Below, one piece after another: positions 12,901-23,011 of a stretch of 64,000 nt of DNA. Origin of the DNA: Klebsormidium nitens (lineage: Eukaryota > Plantae > Klebsormidiophyceae); NCBI GenBank assembly GCA_000708835.1, contig DF237397.1:1-64000 (forward strand), written 5' to 3'. The notes under the pieces are model-generated. The model did no database searches, was not told the DNA's origin, and saw only the letters and a program-made list of their open reading frames with translations. The translations under genes were made by a program, and so were the position numbers. Each line of letters opens with the position of its first letter. The stretch's first letter is position 1.

Positions 12901-15900
12901 AGAAGAGAAGAGGCTTGGGGAAGAGAAAAGGCGAGGCTTGAAGACAGACAGAATTTGCGAGAGTGGGTATAGGCGCACCGTGATTGGGTTGACAAAAAGC
13001 ATGCGGCGGCCTGAGTGGTACGCCCATATGCTGATCAGCCGCTCTAGCAGGTAACAGTAGCAGTGCAGGCTCTGCGAATGCAAGAACAATCTCGTCAGGT
13101 CGATTTGGATGGAATTGACAATGAGCTCAAGAAAGACCGGTCTGCAACTACGCAGCCTCATTATTCTACGCTCCATCTCAGCTTGTCAAAAGGAGCGTCG
13201 CCTAAAACCTCCAAGGGTGATAGAATCGTAGACTGATAACGAGGTCTCTCTATTATCAACAAGACTGGATCCATGTTCACATCCCTCGCGTCGAATTCCC
13301 CTAGCCGCGGAGTTGAAACCTGCGTTCTTCTCGTTTGATCTCCAGTTCCATGTGGATCGTTCCCGATTGAAGTCTCAGTTGAAAATGCTCTGGATTTTTG
13401 ACGGACAAGAATACGTCGGACGATAAGAGCATAATTGTAGAAAGTAGACCCCTCCTTACGAGTTCTGCGTTGAAGTTGGTGAGTACCGGATGCGGAACAG
13501 GATGGTACGAGCAATTCACGCAGAACGTCGAGCAGTTGCAACGTCGGTACTCCACGAGAGCGGGGCTGACCAGAAAAGAAGATGCTCCTGCGATAGGCAT
13601 ACTGGGGGGCTACGCTCACCTCGTATTCCGGGCTGCTCGAGACCCCCTGGGCCAGAATGCATACGTTTGCGTCCCGGTGCGTGTGAAACCACATGTCATC
13701 GACCGCGATGAAGAAGTCCCTGCGGGAGATCGAATCTGGACTTTTGCTGAACCATCTTAGCTAGGAGAAAGTCCAGTTGGCCGATCCGTCCGGGAAAGCG
13801 GTGCCCAGGATGGAGCTTCGGTTTCGACCCTCAATTTTGGGGTTGGGTTCTGCCGTATTTGGGGTCCCATTTGAGAGCTTGGAAACTCAAGAAAAGGAGC
13901 TCAGTTGGCAGATTCATGCACCTGAAAAGTCGATTAGAAGCCAGTGCAGAGAAGGCCCTGAGCCGGATCGTCTGCGGCATAACCAATTTTTTAGCGGTGA
14001 TAAAAGTTCCTCTTACGGTTATCAGGAAAGAGTGGTGCACGCAATGCGCTAGACACTCAATTGTGCCAAGAGCACAAGAGTTTAGGCGGGGGCTTGACAG
14101 ACGGGGGCAGCGAGCGATCAACGGAGTACTAGTTGAAAATTGTTCTTTGGAAACATACAGTTCCAAACCTGAACAGGTAGCTCAACGTGAGGCGCTGTCA
14201 GCCTTGGTCTCAGAAGTCGTGCTGGAGGGGTGATGGCAGCCCACAAAAGCGGACAGATCTCAGAGGTAGCTCACAGGTGGTAGATGTGAGCTCAGAGTAC
14301 GAAGCGCATGTACTCGTGAAAGCTATTTTGCCACATGACGCCCTAACTCATGGAAAAGTAATAGCGCTCCACTTTATCCAATGTGTGGCTCAAGGTAAGG
14401 CGCTGTCCAACCAAAATTCACAGCTACCACCAACCTTGGAATTCATTGGGAGCACTCGAAACCGAGGGTTTCAAAGGCCTCACTTACATCACGAAGCGCG
14501 TCTGATCGAGGAAAGGAGTTCTTCAATGACCTGATAAGGACCCGAAAGCAGTCTACCGGGCATACTCAGCTTTGACGGTCCCCCTGTCCACGTACCGATC
14601 AGGCGTTGGTTCGAAAGAATTGCAGCGAACCGACAGGAGTTCAGCTTCAAGCTTTCCGAGCTCTCACCTTATCAAGCACATGTACTTCAAGAAGCTCTCG
14701 GTCCAACGCAACAAGAGGCGCTGTCAGCGCAATACGTAACACCAGAGTCGAACCTTGGAAAGTATATCGGAGACAGTCTATGAATGCTGATATTCAAGGG
14801 CGGAAAATGCTGAAGGTCTCACTCACCTTACGAAGCGCATGTACTCGAGAAAGCTCTCCGTCCGCATGACGAAGTAGCTCATGAACACCCAGGCCCCGCC
14901 GTCATTGGGCATCGGAGGCGCGTCCGGAGCGTCGGTTTCGCCGGTCCGGTGACCGAACAGTACGCCAAACGCGCGCTGAAAAGCGATCCTGCGGGCACAA
15001 TTGGCTTGTTGAGTATGTACGAACGGCTTGCATCTGCTCGTGTTAAACGTCCTGATAGAACGACAGACGCGGTGGTTTGGCTTCGGAGGCACGTCCGGAG
15101 CGTCGGTTTCGCCGGTCCGGTGACCGAACAGTACGCCGAACGCCCGCCGAAAAGCAATCCTGTGGGGAGGTCAAAATGGCTCATGAAATATGCCCAAGCG
15201 GCTTGCATTGCCTCGTATAGGAATTTGAGATCAAACGGCTGTTCGCCATCGTTGGGCATTGGCGGCGCTTCCGGAGCATCGGTTTTGCCGGTCCAGTGCC
15301 CGAATACTACCCCGAACGCTCGTTGAAAAGCAGTCCTGCGGCAAGCAATGAATGTCGAAATGAGAAGCCCGACCCGTTTTTGAGATCCGGGAGGCAGTGC
15401 CAGACTGAAACCAAGTTACGGAGCGGTAAGGGGAAGGATTCGCTGTTGCTGGGGGAACGGCACTTCCATTTTACCGGTCCGGTGACCGGATGGTACGTCA
15501 AGCGCTCGTTGAAAAGCGATTTTATGGGCGGTAAGATGTTTGTTATGGAAATTCCGACCGATTAGAGATCCGGAAAGCAGTGCCGAAGTGAGACCAAGCT
15601 GCAAACCGTTTCAAGAAGGCTCCGCCGTTGAGGGGCTTTCGGCGACGCACCTGGGGAGTCCGTTTCGACAGGCCGATGACCAAATATTTGCCCGAAAGCC
15701 CGCTGAAATGCAACCTTGGGTGGAATCAAAAGTGGTTCAGTGAGTATGCACAGACGGGTGCGCTGTCCTGAGATAGGAGTTGAGGTCCAAACGGAGCCGT
15801 CCTTGAGCTTTGGCGGCGCTTACAGAGCTAACCGTCTAATGTCCAGAAAGCCGAATGCCAGCTAAAAGCAATCCGGCGGGATGGAAATCATCGTTAGGGG

Positions 15901-18900
15901 CACCATGCGAAGTTTTAACTTTCTCATAAGATAATGACAGCCTTGAAAGACACTTCATCAAGCAGATTGCCGTCGCTTTGACATCGAAGGCGCTGCCGAA
16001 GAGTCCGTTCCGCCGAGCTGGAGTTCAACGGTACGCTCAATGCCCAAGGAGAGAACACGAAAAGGAATAGCAACGGCTACGTAGCAAGCATATTGATTGC
16101 AAGTAAGGTGATGAAGCTTACCAATATACCAGCCAGAGAAGGAAGAGAGGGGTGCATGCATGCAGGCGTGACGTTTAAACCCCGTGCAGTGCTCGTGACT
16201 GCAACTAGAGGTTTTCCAAGCTCAAAGCATCCGTGCTTCGTAGTCGAAAAGTGGTTTGGATGATTTTGAGGACCAAAGCTAGCGCATCCATCTAACCAGA
16301 CAGATCAGACGTAGACGACAAAGGACCGTTTGAGGGTCGTTTTTGCAGTGAGCGTCGATAAGACCGCAACCGCGCCCAAATCTAGCACACAGGACATTCA
16401 AGATTCTCAGCCAGAAATCACTTCAGCGACTGCAGTCTGAGTCAGGGGATGTCCGGAATGGCGAGTTAGACAGAATGTGACACGCAATGAAGAGGGCAGA
16501 AAGGGTGAAACGGATCTAAGCTGACAGGCTCACTTGCAGTGCTTGTGGCTTCGGTCGCAGTGCTCGTAAAAGTCCAACACGCGTACGTCGTCCTCCCCCC
16601 CGTCTGACCAGAAGTAGATTGCATCGCCGTGGCTTCGCTTCCCGATGGCCGATAGAATCGAGTCCTCCGCCGCTTGCGAGATGGCTCTCTGCGCAGACCA
16701 CGTTCTAGAATCAGTCGGTATGGTTTAACATTCATTTACCGGATTACCGAAAGTAAAGCGCGTCGTCGTGGCTCTGCTTTCGGGTCGGTCTCACAATCGA
16801 GTCCTCTGCCGCTTGCAACAGGGCTTTGTGCAGATACAGAAAGACAGAATTTTAACTTTGCTTTACAAGGTCAGAGAAAATTTTGGCAGTTGCTTCCGCT
16901 TTATATGTTCGACCCGAAAAACCACGTTGTTTCGCCTAAAATCATGGTGGCCCTTACCCATCGAGGCTCCGCTGCTTGCACAAGAGCACTCTGCACAGAC
17001 GCAATCGTTAGATCCTTCAAAGATTGTTTTTCCCAAAGAATGTTGAGCTTATGCCACGGTCCGACACGAACGTAGACTACTTTGTCATGGCTCCGCTTCC
17101 GGGTAGCCTTTCAAATAAGAGTCCTCCGCTGCTTACGAGATGGCTCTCTGCACGTATCAATGTCATTAGTGCGTAAGAAGCAAATTTCAGGTGCAGGAAA
17201 ACGAGAAAAACCCGCAGCTGCGTGGTCCCGCTCCTGGTGGCTAACAGAACCAAGTCATCCGTGGCTTTCGAAAAGGGCTCTCTGCACGTGCGAACAATTC
17301 AAGCGGTCAGTGAGACAAGTTTACTTCCCGTCAAATCCATAAGAAATGCGCCATAGAGCCGCCTCTTCTCGAATATCTGGATCGACTCTTCCGCCGCTTG
17401 CAAGGGGGCTCAGACCATTCAGATAGGAGAGAAGGTTTGTTCCTCTCCTCGTTCCGGACAGATTCAGAACACGTCGCAGTGCCTTTGCTTCTGAATTGGT
17501 CGCCGAGCTTTGACGTTCACCAAAGAAAGCCTTACATTCAAAGCCAGTGCGAAGCAACCAATAGCACCGAGACTCTTGAGCTGTACCTCAACATCTTTTA
17601 GACAGACCTGCACTCACCCGCTTATCGACGGCCCTCCAGCTCTGGAACCCAATCCACTCCTGGGGGTGTAATCGCGCAGCGTGTGCGGCCACCGCCAGCA
17701 TGCCCGAGAACTCGCACAGCAGGTTCTGGTAGTACGGGTCCGTCGCCAGGGGGAACATTGTGGGGGCGTCCAAATCGTCCGAGTTCGGACGCCGCTGGCC
17801 GGCAGCCTGGAGAAAAGGAGTGAAGGGAAATGATGAGACTCGTTGAATAACCTATAAATATCGAAAGTAGTAGGAATCCGGAGGAAGTCGCACAGCAGGT
17901 TTTGGTAGTAAGGGTCCGTTGCGAGGGGAAACTTCGCGGGGGCGTCCAAATCGTCCGAGTCTGGACGACGCTGGCCGGCAGCCTGAGGAATAGGAAAGAA
18001 CCCAGAACTTGACTTCAGTCGGTCTGAAAATTTGAAGAAAGGCTTAAAATACGAGGGGTTCGCACTGCAGTTCTGAGACAAGTACCATTCCATTCGGCTA
18101 CGGGGGACACACGTCCGTAGGGGGCGTACCGAAACCGGTTCGGACGTTTGGACGACCGCGAACGGTTGACGAGCCGTAGGACGAAAGACGACNNNNNNNN
18201 NNNNNNNNNNNNNNNNNNNNNNNNNNNNNNNNNNNNNNNNNNNNNNNNNNNNNNNNNNNNNNNNNNNNNNNNNNNNNNNNNNNNNNNNNNNNNNNNNNNN
18301 NNNNNNNNNNNNNNNNNNNNNNNNNNNNNNNNNNNNNNNNNNNNNNNNNNNNNNNNNNNNNNNNNNNNNNNNNNNNNNNNNNNNNNNNNNNNNNNNNNNN
18401 NNNNNNGACGCCGCGACTTGCAGCCTGGAGGAAAGAGACGACTATTGGCAGAGGACAAAAAGAATCGAAAAGTTCACGAGCAAAAGCAGGAGATTCGGAG
18501 GGTTCGCATAGCGGGTTCTGGCAGTACGGGTCCGTCGCGAGAGGAAACATGGTGGGCCGTCCAAATCGTCTGAATTCGGACGCCGCTGGCCCGCAGCCTG
18601 GAGAAGAGGTAAAAAATGAATTGCAAGTAGATACAAAGAAGCGAGAGTGTCAGCGGCTTATGCAGAGAACTTCGGAGGGATTACAGAGCAGCTGGTAGTA
18701 CGGCCCATCGCCAGGGGAAACATGGTGGGCCGTTCAAAAGGTCCGTATTCAGACGCCGCTGGCCGGCAGCCTGGAGATCAGAGGAGATTAAAAGGCATAT
18801 TGAGATTTCTCGCTCAGAGAGCAGAAAAATTGAAAGGTTTGCACAGCAAGCTCCAAAATCGTACGGCTTTACCGCCAGGGGAACATGGAAGGGGCGTCCA

Positions 18901-20916
18901 AATTCCGTTCAAATTCGGAGGCCGCTGGCTGGCAGCGTATCTAACACAAACAAGGTCAGGGCGACTTCTCTCTTCGTGATATGCCCGAGTGCTTCGGAAA
19001 ACCAATCTGGCAGTACGGGTCCGGCGCAAGGGAAAACAATCTAGGGGCGTAGATTGTCAGTATTCAGACGCCGCTGGCCGCCAGCCTGGCGATTCTCGAG
19101 GAGCTGTCTTGTAGATTCTTTCGAAAACTGAAAGTCTCGAAGGTGAAGAAGACAATCTGGAGGTATTGCACGGAAGAATTTATGGTTGCGGGTCATCACC
19201 AAGAAAGTCGCAAAGCAATCTGGACGCAAGGGTTCATCGTTTGGGCATCCAAAGATAACTTCGCTGGTTCAGGAACTTATCTGGGTCAGCGGCCGGATTC
19301 AGACGAATGCGGTCAGATCTGAAAGTCAAGATATTGTAAAACAAGGAGATTTCAGAGAAATTGCACAACTGAGTTTGTCAGTAGTTGTCTGGTGCCAGAG
19401 GGACCATCTGGAGGCGTCGAGATCAAGGGCGTCGAAGTCAATGCTTTTGCCCAGCCGCGCGGTAAGAACAGTGAGACAAGTACATTAGTACTCGTTTCCT
19501 ATGTGAAAATTTGTACACTTGCCAATCGCTGCTGATGCTCTGAAGAGCGTACAACGAAGTAGACATCCGCTCTAGTTGGAGGCATGTGCAGACGAATACG
19601 TTTGTCGAATTTGGTCGCCTCTGGCTGATAGCCTTAACTAGGAAAGAGAAGGTGAAACAGCCCCGAAATATCCTGGTTTGGAGTCAAAAGGCGACATCCC
19701 TGGAAAGTCGTACAGTTACTTTCACGAAGTGAGAGGCTGTTTACTGCGGACCCGACTGACAAGCGTTCAATCGAAACCTCACCTGATTCAGCCCTCTGTA
19801 CAGGCTGTTGTTGTACAGGTTGTGGTAACATGCTGTGCTGTGGTACTGCTGGTAGATGACCAGGGTGAGGCTGGAGGGTCTTGGCTGACCGATGTTGGTC
19901 AGGGGCTTGGTTCTGAGCAATGGCCGGTGTTCAATCTGGCAAGCAGTCAAAAGTCTGTTCTCAGGGATTGCTCTTGTGGCCTTGGGGTTGGAAGGCTCTC
20001 TGTCTCAGAAAAGCGTGTCGTAAGGGCTTGTAGTGGCTTGCTTATCATGTTTGCCGTCCAAGCCTTCTGAACATATCCAATTCAATATCCGTCAAAGGAC
20101 TCTCGGATAATCGCGTCGGCCTCCTCACCATAAGGAAACACGCAGATAAGCCAGAGCGGCACCGAAACGATAGCCTACAGAGAGGATGGTGTTGTAGAAC
20201 CTGTCGAACCAGTAAGCTGAAAATCAATCAGCGGATTTTGTAGGTAAAAGTGGCTAAATTTAAGCAAGAGTCAATGGAGGGGGAGCCTGTCTAACCTTTG
20301 AAGTTTCAAAAGCTTATGTGTTCGAGAACGACTTAATAGGTGAAACGTGTAAGGGGCTCAAAAGACTCTTTCGCTCTGGGCTGATTTGGTTCCATTTTAT
20401 GGAGACAAGTTGCACATGACCGTTACTGACGACACTCTGGGGTCAATTCCATTGGGCATGGCTTCATTCTGTTGGCAGAGAACGGTCAGATGGAAAGGCG
20501 TGAATAAATAATTGGCAAAACTTCATACAGCACCTGAAATGGTTCACAGAACTGAACTTCATAGGAGAGCGACATCATGCCCTTGGACAATCTGTTGTTA
20601 TTTCTTGCTGAACATTCTGCAATCCTTGAGTGTATGCCAGCAAGGGAATCATAAAACATCTGCTTCAAGTGGAAACTTCAAGTATGTACAACGCTTCACT
20701 GAGTGAAAGCATTGCTGCCAGAATGTAAATCCAACAATTCTCAAACTTTAAGCAGTCAGTGTAGTAAACCAGCGTATCACGGAAGGTTGGCTCTGGCGAC
20801 CTTACCTCGACGCTGTCTCGAGTCAAGATGTACATTGCTGACATCACCAGTATGAAGGTAGCGGCCAGGCTGGCAAGGGCATTCCGGAAAGCATGCTTGA
20901 GAGACAGGCCTCGCAT
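9903..20916 (-). CDS. Type II membrane protein containing only the C-terminal domain of the At4g01210/At5g04480 (BUP) glycosyltransferase family; exons 20916-20806, 19935-19783, 17806-17618, 16688-16534, 14988-14827, 13719-13620, 13071-12979, 10055-9903 (~371 aa)
   Basis: All eight exons join in phase. Motifs LYRGL, RRPNSDDLDAP..FPL..DPYYQNLLCEF, WIGFQSWRA, AEDSILSAI..RSHGDAIYFW, PPMPNDGGAW...TESFLEYMRF, HCYCYLLERLISIWAYHSGRRM and GSISEQH match the recalled C-terminal half of that family. The N-terminus MRGLSLKHAFRNALASLAATFILVMSAMYIL is a signal anchor. Exon 1 is the least certain. Confidence 0.82.
10831..12978 (-). repeat. Intronic tandem array: 14 degenerate copies (~115-160 bp period) of the exon-7 3' end, donor and pyrimidine tract
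   Basis: Real junction aacccaatcacg|GTGCGC at 12978. Echo donor positions: 12835, 12675, 12513, 12357, 12206, 12047, 11897, 11747, 11632, 11473, 11314, 11157, 10996, 10838. Two weaker copies near 10700 and 10455. Confidence 0.9.
14290..14826 (-). repeat. Donor-side echoes of exon 5 (three copies)
   Basis: Real gagtacatgcgcttcgtaag|GTGAGT at 14826; degenerate copies end near 14667 (GTGAGA), 14487 (GTAAGT) and 14300. Confidence 0.75.
14989..15530 (-). repeat. Acceptor-side echoes of exon 5 (three copies, ~171-185 bp period)
   Basis: cag|GATCGCTTTTCAGCGCGCG is repeated at 15159 and 15335 (AG kept) and near 15520 (AG lost). Confidence 0.88.
16689..17420 (-). repeat. Acceptor-side echoes of exon 4 (five copies)
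   Basis: gcag|AGAGCCATCTCGCAAGCGGCGGAGGACTC-like copies near 16828, 16990, 17150, 17281 and 17410. Confidence 0.82.
17807..19100 (-). repeat. Acceptor-side echoes of exon 3 (at least six copies, ~175 bp period, interrupted by the gap)
   Basis: ccag|GCTGCCGGCCAGCGGCGTCCG-like copies start at 17982, 18424, 18597, 18770, about 18935 (AG lost) and 19085. Confidence 0.88.
18193..18406. other. Assembly gap (214 N) inside the exon-3 echo array
   Basis: Run of n characters. Confidence 1.
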
Positions 20917-21866
20917 CACCCTGTCTCAGCCTTGCCCCCAAGCCTAGTTGTTGCCGGTACGATGCAGGCAATAGAAACCCGGACTCCGGTTTGCTACCTT
21001 CTATGCACTGCTTGCTGCTTCTTGTAAGTTTGATCCGACTGGGGAATGCAGACAGGGGTAGATGTCTGAATGTGGTCGCTCATTAGGATATAGAAACCTG
21101 CCTAAGCCGCTCTTGATCAAATGCGCTGGAACAGCAGCAAAATTACTGGATTCGAAAGCAAAACCTTCTTTCTAAAACCTTCAGAAGCTTCTGTTCCGTC
21201 AAACCGATCATTGCAACGGGGTAAGACAAAACGAGCCGGTGCGCACGACTAGTTCTCTTTGGGCTGGAGAGGCTCATCAACTATTGAACCAGCATTCAGT
21301 CAACAGGTCTCAGCTGGAAGAAAGTGTTGCTGACTTTGATCCATGCGCGCACCAGCTCCGCCTTCTCCGCAAACTTCGGGAGGGCTCTCTTTGATCGCAG
21401 CCTTTCCACCTAGAATGCAGCGTGTGACCACGCTATAATGTTGCCAAGTTGCCACCACAAACTGAACAGCTTGTAGCCAAGCAAGCAATGGTGTTGGATG
21501 CCTTTGCTGCAGACTTGCTCCTTGATGCCCTTCTGAACACCTCTGCGAATGTCTCTTGGGACTCGAGTCTTGTGCTTCTTATTTCTATCAGTGGTAACCA
21601 GGTAAGGATCCAGCCAGCCTAGCTCAGCAATCAGGTTTCAGATTGAAAGCGTTTTAAGGGGGAAACCAGCATCGACTTATACCAATCTCTATGGAATTAT
21701 AATATAGCCTATAGGCAGCGAGAGCCGCATTCTGCTGCAGTGCGCAGCAGGTTGCTTAATTTCAGCCGTGCTGCTTTGCCCACACGGAACCATACATTCT
21801 GAGGGTGCATATATGGTATATGGCCCAGGGCACAGCGCCTTGAGCTGTCCCAGGCTAGCTGAGTAT

Positions 21867-22277
21867 GGCCGTCCGAATTTGATTGGCGGTTTCCTGTCCC
21901 CGATCGACCCAGACCGACCCAAATTCTGAGAAATAATCGAGTCGGCTGATATAATGTTCTGAAACTGTGGAGGTCAAAACCGATATTTGTCGTCTCAAAA
22001 CGGGATTCTGGTTTGACAATAAGACGCCATCAGTGAACATGGATACTCTGAAAGGTTTGTACCTCAGTGTGAAATCCAAGTTTACCATTGACGCCAGTGA
22101 AAACGCACGGTGCGTACCGGAAGAGGCCATTAATGGAAGTCAAATGAGAGCGGTAACGCTGATATCCGCCAAAATAACCCTTACCATTTTTTGAGGAATA
22201 TTTATCATATTCTTCCGAACGACCGACCCACCCCCAGAGGGGGTGGACAGGAAACCGGAAATATAATTCGGACGGCC
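21867..22277. mobile_element. MITE-like non-autonomous element, 411 bp
   Basis: 33-bp terminal inverted repeats, 29/33 identical (ggccgtccgaatt...cggtttcctgtcc). No internal coding capacity recognised and no clear TSD. GGC termini resemble PIF/Harbinger. Confidence 0.7.
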
Positions 22278-23011
22278 TTTACATTACAATTTTAATACAA
22301 ATACACATGTGCAAAACACAAATTCACAAGGGAGTGCACCCTGCAAAGAAGCTGGTTCAAGAAGCATTCGCGGGCGCAGGGTGCAAGCGCAATTGAACTG
22401 TGCAGGCCACATGCGCACATCACAATGCGGGTTGTGCTGGATGGGGCATCTTTCGTTAGAGAGCTAAGTACATAAATGCTGCACAGAAAGATGGTTGCGA
22501 GGGGTCAAGAGTCTGAGACGGGGTGCAGGATAAAGCTTAGTGGCCAGCACTCAAGTTTCAGAGCTCGATCATCAATTCTTTCATAACAGTCCTGCGACCG
22601 GCATCGTGCTTAGAAAGGTGAGCTTCTATCAGCGCTCTCCTTGCAACAAAATAGAGCTGGTAGTAACAGGATAACATTCCCCCAATTGTCGGAATTACAC
22701 AAGCTACGACAGGACCAAATTGCATTGTCTTTGTATGTTTATTCTTATGCCAGGGGTCTTCAATCGGTCCAGATCATTCATTTCAGGTCCTTTGTGGAAT
22801 CAGCAATGCATTCAGCTACGGTACAGAAGCGTGTATTCAACTTGCCTACTGTATGCTCAGCCTGTGTCTTCAAAGGAAACAGGACCAGCTAGGCCCAAAC
22901 CTAGTCAAAACCTTACACAAAAGAAATTGTAAAGAAACGGGATTGTTTTGATACAGGTAAACACACGCCAACTGATGCGCTGAAAGGCGTCAAGCAGCCC
23001 TTCTGACAATC

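Noticed and set aside
10404-13027. Repeat-spacer-like periodicity (CRISPR?) and many overlapping ORFs of 60-278 aa
   Set aside because: The cores are degenerate copies of a eukaryotic splice donor, the 'spacers' are related to each other, and there are no cas genes. The ORFs arise from strand-biased low-complexity composition within an intron.
16534-16688. Apparent frameshift at the G-run in exon 4 of the BUP-domain gene
   Set aside because: The run has 7 G, which keeps SDGGEDDVRVLDFYEHCD in frame.
17807-19100. Dscam-like mutually exclusive exon cluster
   Set aside because: The copies contain only the first ~30 codons of the exon, lack a phase-compatible donor, and most carry frameshifts or stops.
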